From Microcystis aeruginosa NIES-2549 (GTDB lineage: Bacteria > Cyanobacteriota > Cyanobacteriia > Cyanobacteriales > Microcystaceae), in the NCBI RefSeq assembly GCF_000981785.2, contig NZ_CP011304.1, positions 2,340,001-2,372,000 of the forward strand: DNA of 32,000 bases, in the 5' to 3' direction. The first letter of the stretch is position 1; each line of letters opens with the position of its first letter. The notes under the pieces were generated by a model. The model made no database searches. It was not told where the DNA came from and was given only the letters and a program-made list of their open reading frames with translations. The position numbers were made by a program, and so were the translations under genes. Below, one piece after another: positions 26,201-32,000 of this stretch.

Positions 26201-26884
26201 AAAAAAAATATCGATAAATTCCATCTGGAGCAAAATTTTATTTTTCCTACTATTACTGGTGGGAGGGATTTAAATAAATACTTGATCTCAGATATTGATA
26301 AAAAGATTATCTATACTAAAAAAACGGATGATCCTCAATTAATACCGCAAATAATTGAGTATTTAAAATCTTTTAAAGAGCGAATAACTTGTGTAGAAGT
26401 TAAAGAAAATAAACATCCTTTTTGGTCTTTGCACCGTCCCAGAAACCAAGAAATTTTTCTAAAACCAGAAAAAATTATTGGTGTGATTACTGGAGATAAA
26501 ATTATTGTTGCTTTGGATAACAATCAAATATTTCCAACGGATGGACTATACTTAATGTCCAGTAGCGGAAGATTATCCAATAAATTTTTATTAGGAGTTT
26601 TAAACTCAAAAATCATTACTTATTTTTATCGATTATTGTCAATGGAAGTTAATCGTACTTTAGCTCAAATAAAGCCAACAATTTTAGAAGAAGTACCGAT
26701 TGAAACACATCCTGAAACCTTAGTAAAAAAAATTGAAATTAAAGTCGATCAAATTCTCACGGCTAAAAAATCTAATCCCAAAGCTGACACCAGCGAGTTA
26801 GAAAAAGAGATTGACAAAATAGTGTATGAATTGTATGGATTAAGTGAGGAAGAAATCAGGATAATAGAGGGGGAAATAAAATAA
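23162..26884 (+). CDS. Type IIG (Eco57I-like) single-chain restriction endonuclease / N6-adenine DNA methyltransferase with a C-terminal target-recognition domain
   Basis: The N-terminal PD-(D/E)xK-type nuclease pattern is GRNDLVIH...GVILEVKKP. Methyltransferase motif I is ICDPAVGSGHFLV (from 24791), followed by FGVDINPNSVKICRLRLWIELL, NIKVGNSLI and motif IV VIIGNPPWG (NPPW codons 25643-25654). A long K/E/R-rich, probably coiled-coil segment lies between the motifs. The C-terminal ~400 aa are TaqI-like-specificity-domain-like and end in IVYELYGLSEEEIRIIEG. I prefer ATG 23162 (MKTENFSPRQ) over the track's TTG at 23138. Confidence 0.85.
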   Translation: MKTENFSPRQALNKAFLRVKPSRSQVEKFQTHLEQLLGSINETESEEFHKNLLADFLKHSYYSPQHFINTKGRNDLVIHNGKESRDSVGVILEVKKPSNKSEMLRRDKLNCKALQELLLYFLRERITEKNLEIKHLIATNIYEWFIFDGNIFERLFAQNQELVRQFNDFETGRLTGKTTDFFYKQIGEPFLNSILDSLTYTHFDLREYSQTIREDEHNLISLYKIFSPEHLLKLPFANDSNSLDKNFYSELLHIIGLTEIKEGGKKLIQRLQPAARQPGSLLENAISQVESLDKISRLPNPEEFGETEEERLLNIGLELGITWINRILFLKLLEAQIIRYHRGDKSLGFLNLGKIANYDDLNRLFFSVLAKKQTERSKDIQNTHTQVPYLNSSLFEPTDLEQSTIVISNLRSENIEIFAGTVLKDSQGKKRTGEINALAYLFEFLNAYDFSSEGGEAIQEDNKTLINASVLGLIFEKINGYKDGSFFTPGFITMYMCRETIRRAVIEKFNQSQGWDCQTIEDVYNRIKDKTAANAIINSLKICDPAVGSGHFLVSALNEIIAIKSELQILLDKEGKTLRDYRVEVVNDELIVTDDDGNLFEYNPRNRESQRVQETLFQEKQRLIEGCLFGVDINPNSVKICRLRLWIELLKNAYYKADNELETLPNIDINIKVGNSLISRFGLSNDLQVFSRKSRLSIESYKDAVRVYRNAEDKSQKREMERLISEIKSSFRQTLQLDEPLKKRLRGLETDLYSLENQILLFEESPKEKKARERKIIQLRNEIDKLRPQLEEIESGKIYHNAFEWRFEFPEVLDDKGNFIGFDVIIGNPPWGAKIDNKHLTKIKEKNSDIIVRMIDSFMFFVNLTFSIKSQYGLICQIIPDVILYQVDNEKLREKIFKTHQLEIAFNLGDRIFEDVARPCCIILLTSKFTNISWVGEYQKSSDDSVNSLSHNLLIPIETSFFKTIPNQVITTKNLIGYKIINRYNKIKLRDLIDQDGIQRGVSPDLKEAFIVDKKNIDKFHLEQNFIFPTITGGRDLNKYLISDIDKKIIYTKKTDDPQLIPQIIEYLKSFKERITCVEVKENKHPFWSLHRPRNQEIFLKPEKIIGVITGDKIIVALDNNQIFPTDGLYLMSSSGRLSNKFLLGVLNSKIITYFYRLLSMEVNRTLAQIKPTILEEVPIETHPETLVKKIEIKVDQILTAKKSNPKADTSELEKEIDKIVYELYGLSEEEIRIIEGEIK

Positions 26885-26895
26885 ATATAAATGTA

Positions 26896-26923
26896 GGGTG
26901 TGTTAGCGAAGCGTAACGCACCC
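26896..26923. repeat. Hairpin repeat GGGTGTGTTAGCGAAGCGTAACGCACCC (preceded by GTA), immediately 3' of the type IIG stop
   Basis: About 12 bp of pairing with one G-U pair and one bulge. The sequence type is common in cyanobacterial intergenic regions. Confidence 0.7.
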
Positions 26924-26956
26924 AAAAGCATCCCAAAGGACTAAAAAAAATTTGAT

Positions 26957-26987
26957 CCCCCTAAATCCCCCTTAAAAAGGGGGACTT
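26957..26987. repeat. 31-bp mini palindromic element CCCCCTAAATCCCCCTTAAAAAGGGGGACTT flanked by 9-bp direct repeats AAATTTGAT
   Basis: Stem TCCCCCTT(26966-26973)/AAGGGGGA(26977-26984). Identical AAATTTGAT at 26948-26956 and 26988-26996. Confidence 0.7.
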
Positions 26988-27218
26988 AAATTTGATACAT
27001 TCGTTCTCATGATAAATTCTGTTTTTAATAGTATGATGAACTCCCAATCGAACTTTAAAACCCATCTCCCCACTTCCCCATACCTATTACCTATAATTAT
27101 TAGTATTCTATAATACCAATGCTTAGGAAACTATAAAGAAAATCCCAAGATTGAGCGAGTACCTTGGCAAAAAAAGCTATAATAGAATAAAATGCCTAAT
27201 TTTTTCAACAAAATTGTT

Positions 27219-29885
27219 ATGATAGTTACCAATAGACAAGAGCTAGAAGAACTGATACAACAGGTAAAAAAAGCTCAACAACAATTTGCCAACTATAACC
27301 AAGAACAAGTAGATCTTATCTTCAAAAAAGCCGCATTAGCAGCCAACAACGCTCGCATTCCCCTAGCTAAAATGGCAGTACAAGAGACAGGGATGGGAGT
27401 AATAGAAGATAAAGTGATTAAAAACCATTTTGCCTCAGAAATCATCTACAACAAATATAAACACAGCAAAACCTGCGGCATTATCGAAGAAGATAAATCC
27501 TTTGGATTGCAAAAAATCGCCGAACCCGTGGGCATTTTAGCGGGGATCGTACCCACTACAAATCCCACCTCCACAGCCATTTTTAAAGCCCTAATTGCCC
27601 TGAAAACCCGCAACGGCATCATTTTTTCCCCCCATCCGCGAGCCAAAGACTGCACCATCGCAGCGGCCAAAATAGTCTTAGAAGCGGCCGTCAAAGCAGG
27701 CGCACCGGCCGGTATTATTGGTTGGATCGATCAGCCATCGGTGGAACTTTCCCAAGCATTAATGCAACATCCCAGCATTAATTTAATCCTTGCTACCGGC
27801 GGTCCCGGTATGGTAAAAGCGGCCTATTCTTCCGGAAGACCTTCCCTAGGAGTCGGTGCCGGCAATACCCCCGCTTTAGTGGACGAAACTGCTCACATAA
27901 AAATGGCCGTTTCCTCGATTATTCTCAGTAAAACCTTCGATAACGGCATGATTTGCGCCTCGGAACAATCGGTAATCGTTGTCGATAGCATCTATGAAGA
28001 AGTTCGACAGGAATTTATTGATCGCGGGGCCTATCTTCTTTCCCCCGAAGAAAGGGAAAAAGTCGCCGGGATTCTCCTCAAAGATGGTCATATCAACCCC
28101 GATATCGTCGGACAACCGGTAGAAAAATTAGCCACCATGGCCGGAATTTCCGTTCCCGAAGATACCCGCTTACTAATCGGAGAAGTAGAAAATATTGGCT
28201 TAGAAGAACCATTTTCCTACGAAAAACTCTCGCCAATTTTAGCCATGTACCGAGCGAAAGACTTTGAAGATGGGGTAAAAAAAGCCGAAAAACTGGTCTT
28301 ATTTGCCGGTCGAGGTCATACGGCCGTGCTTTATACCGCACCCTCCAATCGGGAACATATTAAGCACTTTCAAGACAACGTACAAACGGCCCGGGTATTA
28401 ATTAATACCCCTTCCTCCCAGGGTGCGATTGGTGATATCTATAACTTCCGTCTCGATCCTAGTTTAACCCTCGGTTGTGGCACTTGGGGCGGTAATTCCA
28501 TCAGCGAAAACGTCGAACCTACCCACCTATTAAATATTAAAACCGTAGCCGAGCGCCGGGAAAATATGCTTTGGTTCCGAGTACCACCAAAAGTATATTT
28601 TAAATACGGGTCATTACCGATCGCTATTCGGGAATTAGCCGGCAAAAAACGGGCCTTTATTGTCACCGATAAACCTCTTTTCGACCTAGGAGTTACCGCA
28701 CCTTTACAGGAAATTTTAGAAGAAATCGGCATCACGATTAATATCTTTTATGATGTGGAACCCGATCCTTCCCTAGAAACCGTCGAACGGGGGTTAAATG
28801 TAATTAATACCTTCAATCCCGATGTAATTATCGCTATCGGTGGCGGTTCCCCCATGGATGCCGCTAAAATCATGTGGCTACTCTACGAGCATCCAGAGAT
28901 AGAATTCGAGAGCTTGGCCATGCGTTTTATGGATATCCGCAAACGAGTCTATGAATTGCCCCCTTTAGGTGAAAAAGCTCTCATGGTGTGTATTCCCACC
29001 ACTTCGGGAACAGGATCGGAAGTGACTCCCTTCGCCGTCGTCACCGATCGCCGTAATAATATTAAGTATCCTCTGGCAGATTATGCCCTAACTCCCAGCA
29101 TGGCAATTGTCGATCCGGAATTAGTGCTAAATATGCCGAAAAAATTAACAGCCTACGGCGGAATTGACGCTTTAACTCACGCTCTTGAGGCCTACGTCTC
29201 GGTTTTAGCCTCAGAATATACCAATGCTCTTGCTCAAGATGCCATCCGACTGCTGTTTAAATACTTGCCCAGTTCCTATCATAACGGAGCTAAAGACCCG
29301 AAAGCGCGGGAAAAAGTCCATTACGCGGCGACTATGGCAGGAATGGCCTTCGCTAATGGCTTTTTAGGCATCTGTCACTCCATGGCCCACCAATTAGGGG
29401 CAATTTTCCATATTCCCCACGGTCTAGCCAATGCCTTGATGATTTCCCACGTCATCCTCTATAATGCCACCGATGCCCCCTTTAAACAGGCTACCTTCTC
29501 TCAGTACAAATATCCTAACGTGAAGTGGCGCTATGCCAGAATCGCTCATTCCTTGGGATTGGGAGGAGAAAGCGAGACCGAAAGTGTGGAAAGATTGGTA
29601 TTAGCGATCGAATGTTTAAAACGGGAAATCGGTATTCCGGCCAGTATTAAAGAGGTAATTCCCGAAACTGAAGCCGAATTTATGGCCAAATTAGACCATT
29701 TAGCCGAACAAGCTTTCGATGATCAGTGTACCGGAGCCAATCCCCGTTATCCCCTGATTGAGGACTTAAAAACCCTGTTAATCCAAGCTTATCACGGCAA
29801 TTTGCCCCTAGAGGTGGCGGTAAATGGTCACGGTGAGGTCAGTCTTGCCGATTTGAAGTTAGAGCCGCAACCGTTGAGCTTGTAG
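27219..29885 (+). CDS. adhE: Bifunctional acetaldehyde-CoA / alcohol dehydrogenase
   Basis: From MIVTNRQELEELIQQVKKAQQQFANYNQEQVDLIFKKAALAANNARIPLAKMAVQETGMGVIEDKVIKNHFASE the protein is collinear with E. coli AdhE (MAVTNVAELNALVERVKKAQREYASFTQEQVDKIF...), so I start at ATG 27219 rather than 27192. The C-terminal half carries the Fe-ADH motif GGGSPMDAAK. Confidence 0.92.
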   Translation: MIVTNRQELEELIQQVKKAQQQFANYNQEQVDLIFKKAALAANNARIPLAKMAVQETGMGVIEDKVIKNHFASEIIYNKYKHSKTCGIIEEDKSFGLQKIAEPVGILAGIVPTTNPTSTAIFKALIALKTRNGIIFSPHPRAKDCTIAAAKIVLEAAVKAGAPAGIIGWIDQPSVELSQALMQHPSINLILATGGPGMVKAAYSSGRPSLGVGAGNTPALVDETAHIKMAVSSIILSKTFDNGMICASEQSVIVVDSIYEEVRQEFIDRGAYLLSPEEREKVAGILLKDGHINPDIVGQPVEKLATMAGISVPEDTRLLIGEVENIGLEEPFSYEKLSPILAMYRAKDFEDGVKKAEKLVLFAGRGHTAVLYTAPSNREHIKHFQDNVQTARVLINTPSSQGAIGDIYNFRLDPSLTLGCGTWGGNSISENVEPTHLLNIKTVAERRENMLWFRVPPKVYFKYGSLPIAIRELAGKKRAFIVTDKPLFDLGVTAPLQEILEEIGITINIFYDVEPDPSLETVERGLNVINTFNPDVIIAIGGGSPMDAAKIMWLLYEHPEIEFESLAMRFMDIRKRVYELPPLGEKALMVCIPTTSGTGSEVTPFAVVTDRRNNIKYPLADYALTPSMAIVDPELVLNMPKKLTAYGGIDALTHALEAYVSVLASEYTNALAQDAIRLLFKYLPSSYHNGAKDPKAREKVHYAATMAGMAFANGFLGICHSMAHQLGAIFHIPHGLANALMISHVILYNATDAPFKQATFSQYKYPNVKWRYARIAHSLGLGGESETESVERLVLAIECLKREIGIPASIKEVIPETEAEFMAKLDHLAEQAFDDQCTGANPRYPLIEDLKTLLIQAYHGNLPLEVAVNGHGEVSLADLKLEPQPLSL

Positions 29886-29919
29886 GGATAGATTTTGCCT
29901 TTGATTCCCCCTACCCCCT

Positions 29920-29947
29920 GTAGGGTTGATTCATGAATCAACCCTAC
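29920..29947. repeat. 28-nt perfect palindrome GTAGGGTTGATTCATGAATCAACCCTAC between the convergent adhE and gloB genes; possible bidirectional terminator or REP-like element
   Basis: Identical to 2238-2265. It sits 35 nt after the adhE stop and 64 nt from the gloB stop, and is followed by a TTTGCCT-type heptamer repeat (29950-29980). Confidence 0.85.
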
Positions 29948-30010
29948 TTCTTGCCTTTTGCCTATTGCCTTTTGCCTTTCTTCACTGGGAAATTTATTTT
30001 GCAGGACTAC

Positions 30011-30784
30011 TTAAAAATTATCTTTTTTCCCCCGCAGCCGTGCAAACACTTGTATTGGTTCGCTGCTATCCATGGTCATGGCCAAAGCGGGACTATCCCA
30101 ACGCAAAAAAGGATTAGTCAGCTTTTCCGTCCCCAAAATTGCCGGAATCGTGGGAATATCTTCAGCGCGATGTTTTTCCACTTCCCGATAACGCTGCTGC
30201 AAAGCAGCATTATTAGGGTCAACTGTCAAGGCAAACTTTAAATTATTTAACGTATATTCGTGAGCGCACCAAACCCTAGTCTGGTCAGGCAGCGATCGCA
30301 ATTTAGTTAAAGAAGCCACCATTTGGCCCGGTGTTCCCTCAAATAAACGACCACAACCCCCCGAAAACAGGGTATCACCACAGAATAACTCGCCGTAATC
30401 TCCGGGGTTAACCGGGGGAAAATAATAGGCAATATGAGCGCGAGTGTGGCCGGGGACAAAGAAAACCTCGGCCCGGCGACCGGCAAATTCCACCCGGTCC
30501 CCCTCCTCTAAAAACAGCTGCTGGCCCGGAATGCGACCGCGATCCTCCTTTCCCCCATAAACACAAAGATGGGGATAACGATTAATTAAAGCCTGATTAG
30601 CCCCCACATGGTCGCCGTGGTGATGGGTATTAAAAATAGCGACTAAATCCACCTGTAAAGCCTCTAATCGCCTGAAAACGGGTTCAGGTTCCGCCGGATC
30701 CACCACGGCCGCGATTTTTTGTGCCGGATCGTAGAGGAGGAAAATATAATTATCGGAAAGGGCGTTAAGACGTTCGATCTCCAT
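30011..30784 (-). CDS. gloB: Hydroxyacylglutathione hydrolase (glyoxalase II)
   Basis: 257-aa ORF with the metallo-beta-lactamase motif [16 protein letters not shown] and HEYT. Confidence 0.9.
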   Translation of the reverse strand: MEIERLNALSDNYIFLLYDPAQKIAAVVDPAEPEPVFRRLEALQVDLVAIFNTHHHGDHVGANQALINRYPHLCVYGGKEDRGRIPGQQLFLEEGDRVEFAGRRAEVFFVPGHTRAHIAYYFPPVNPGDYGELFCGDTLFSGGCGRLFEGTPGQMVASLTKLRSLPDQTRVWCAHEYTLNNLKFALTVDPNNAALQQRYREVEKHRAEDIPTIPAILGTEKLTNPFLRWDSPALAMTMDSSEPIQVFARLRGKKDNF

Positions 30785-30947
30785 GGTAGAATTTTGGGCT
30801 AAGGTTTAACTCGATCATACCTATAGCAGCATCTTTGAGAAATCAGGCTAGAAACCTCAACCACTGGGACAAAATCTTAAATATGGCCGATGTAGAATAA
30901 TAACTATAATAAAAGTGTCATAAAAAAGCAGTGAATTTATAGTAGTT

Positions 30948-31505
30948 ATGACGATCAAATTTCGGTTTCATCCAGAGAAAGCAGTTGAAGCCGCTGCTAT
31001 ACTCTTAAAGCTGCACGGCAAACCGATGAAGTATTTAGGGTTGCTGAAAATGCTCTATATAGCTGACCGTCTTGCTTTAAAAACCATGGATCAACCAATT
31101 ACTGGGGATAGATATGTATCAATGGATTATGGACCGGTTCTCAGGGGTGTTTATGATTTGATTAAAGGACAGCCCGTGGACTCTGCTTTACCCCTGTGGT
31201 CGAAATATATTTCTCCCCGGGATTCTAATTATGTTGACCTGCTGCAATATCCCGGCAATGAAGAACTCTGTGAAGAAGAAGAAATGATTCTTAAACAGGT
31301 TTACAAGACTTTTGGCCATCTCAATCCCTTTCTTGTAGCCGAATGGACTCACGATTTACCAGAATGGAAGGATCCCCATGGTTCGGCTATTCCAATTTTA
31401 GTGGAGGATGTTTTGCGATCTATGGGTAAAACGGAGGAGGAAATCGAAGATATTAGCCAAGAAGCCCAGCGAGAAGCCTATTTAGATGGAGCTTTACATG
31501 GCTAG
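30948..31505 (+). CDS. Panacea (DUF4065, SocA/GepA-like) domain protein, putative PanA-type antitoxin
   Basis: LKMLYIADRLALKTMDQPITGDRYVSMDYGPVLRGVYDLIKG matches the DUF4065 core (KLLYLAD...G.PITGD.YVA...GPV...VYD) as I recall it. Confidence 0.75.
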   Translation: MTIKFRFHPEKAVEAAAILLKLHGKPMKYLGLLKMLYIADRLALKTMDQPITGDRYVSMDYGPVLRGVYDLIKGQPVDSALPLWSKYISPRDSNYVDLLQYPGNEELCEEEEMILKQVYKTFGHLNPFLVAEWTHDLPEWKDPHGSAIPILVEDVLRSMGKTEEEIEDISQEAQREAYLDGALHG

Positions 31506-31887
31506 TCTGGTAGTCAAGCTGGGGGATGCCTTTTTAATCGATACACCCCCTAATAAGCAACATCTCTATATTGCGATCGCAAAGACTTCTGAAAATAGAT
31601 ATTTATTTGTCAATGTTACAACTCGAAGAAGCAGTTCGGAAGCTACTTGTGTGCTTTTGCCCGGCCTTGGTGTCCCGAATTTTATCGTCTGTGAATCCGT
31701 GATTGCCTATCAATTTGCCCGGGAGATGGATGCCACGGAATTAGCCAGTTTAATCACTGCGGGTAGTCCGATTCCAAAAGGCTCCTGTTCAGCCACAATT
31801 CTCGCACAGATTCAGCAAGGTGGTCTAGTTTCTCGACGACTGAAAAACAAGTACAAAATTGCTCTTAGAGCTTTCTTAGATACATAG
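31498..31887 (+). CDS. Hypothetical 129-aa protein translationally coupled to the Panacea-domain gene; candidate toxin partner
   Basis: The ATG at 31498 overlaps the upstream stop in ATGGCTAG (8-nt overlap). An alternative ATG lies at 31486. No family recognised. Confidence 0.5.
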   Translation: MASLVVKLGDAFLIDTPPNKQHLYIAIAKTSENRYLFVNVTTRRSSSEATCVLLPGLGVPNFIVCESVIAYQFAREMDATELASLITAGSPIPKGSCSATILAQIQQGGLVSRRLKNKYKIALRAFLDT

Positions 31888-32000
31888 CTTCAGCCGTTTT
31901 CTGGTTAACAAGTTTTTGTCCCCTAACTCCCCGCAGGACAGGAATCGGCGAAAATTACGCAGGGAATCCCCACATGACTAACGGGAACAATATAGGGTTC

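Noticed and set aside
21095-27000. Complete type I R-M or BREX system
   Set aside because: Only a ~28-codon HsdS-like tail remains, with no HsdM or HsdR. No PglZ, BrxC or BrxL-type genes accompany the large methylase-nuclease. The islet is therefore described as a type IIG gene plus a TA pair plus relics.
27103-27116. GTATTCTATAATAC, a perfect GTA-N8-TAC NtcA-type site upstream of adhE
   Set aside because: The region is extremely AT-rich, so the motif can arise by chance. The nearest -10-like box (TATAAA, 27132-27137) is 15 nt away rather than the canonical ~22 nt. It is not convincing without experimental data.
27446-28735. Four 79-98-aa minus-strand ORFs inside adhE
   Set aside because: They are antisense to a gene whose product is collinear with E. 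coli AdhE over its whole length. No motifs.

Overview
This is a cyanobacterial chromosomal window. Coding regions are roughly 40-43% GC by hand counts, HIP1 octamers (GCGATCGC) are frequent (e.g. 4966-4973, 6108-6115), and there are many CTGATAA-type heptamer arrays. Repeat flavour and gene content look most like Microcystis, but that is inference only. Most of the window is ordinary housekeeping. It holds a partial TgpA-like transglutaminase membrane protein (off the left edge), pcyA, ndhD, a MacB/LolD-type ABC ATPase, an IMPase-family protein, scpB and a DUF760 protein. A long minus-strand run (7.6-17.3 kb) follows: a HIBADH-like dehydrogenase, a SAM methyltransferase, a Cys-rich hypothetical, an S1-domain protein, dienelactone hydrolase, a Cof-type HAD hydrolase, a GH88-like hydrolase, a Ycf45-type AAA/R3H protein and an LdpA-like Fe-S protein. 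After that come tlyA, a small cNMP-binding protein, fmt and pgeF, and at the right end adhE, gloB and a Panacea(DUF4065)-domain gene pair. Between pgeF and adhE (about 21.1-27.0 kb) sits an accessory defence islet. It contains a relic of a type I HsdS C-terminus, a ParD-like/PIN toxin-antitoxin pair, and a 1240-codon single-chain type IIG (Eco57I-like) restriction-modification gene. The most unusual signal is a ~190-260 bp module present in four direct copies (18.55, 21.18, 22.58 and 23.01 kb). The module consists of a consensus TTGACA-17-TAGACT promoter, a ~110-nt leader and the first ~30 codons of the type IIG gene. Only the last copy is attached to a full gene. One copy now points into the cNMP-binding gene, and one points antisense into the TA operon. 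The type IIG gene also drops sharply in GC right after its NPPW methyltransferase motif, which suggests a swapped specificity domain. Other oddities are a 28-nt perfect palindrome present twice (once with its left arm amplified about 9 times), several hairpin repeat families sharing GTAGGGT/ACCCTAC ends, G-quadruplex-type repeats, a candidate MITE and an unannotated 31-codon membrane-peptide ORF. I saw no rRNA, tRNA or CRISPR array. All family assignments rest on motif recognition by eye, with no database search.
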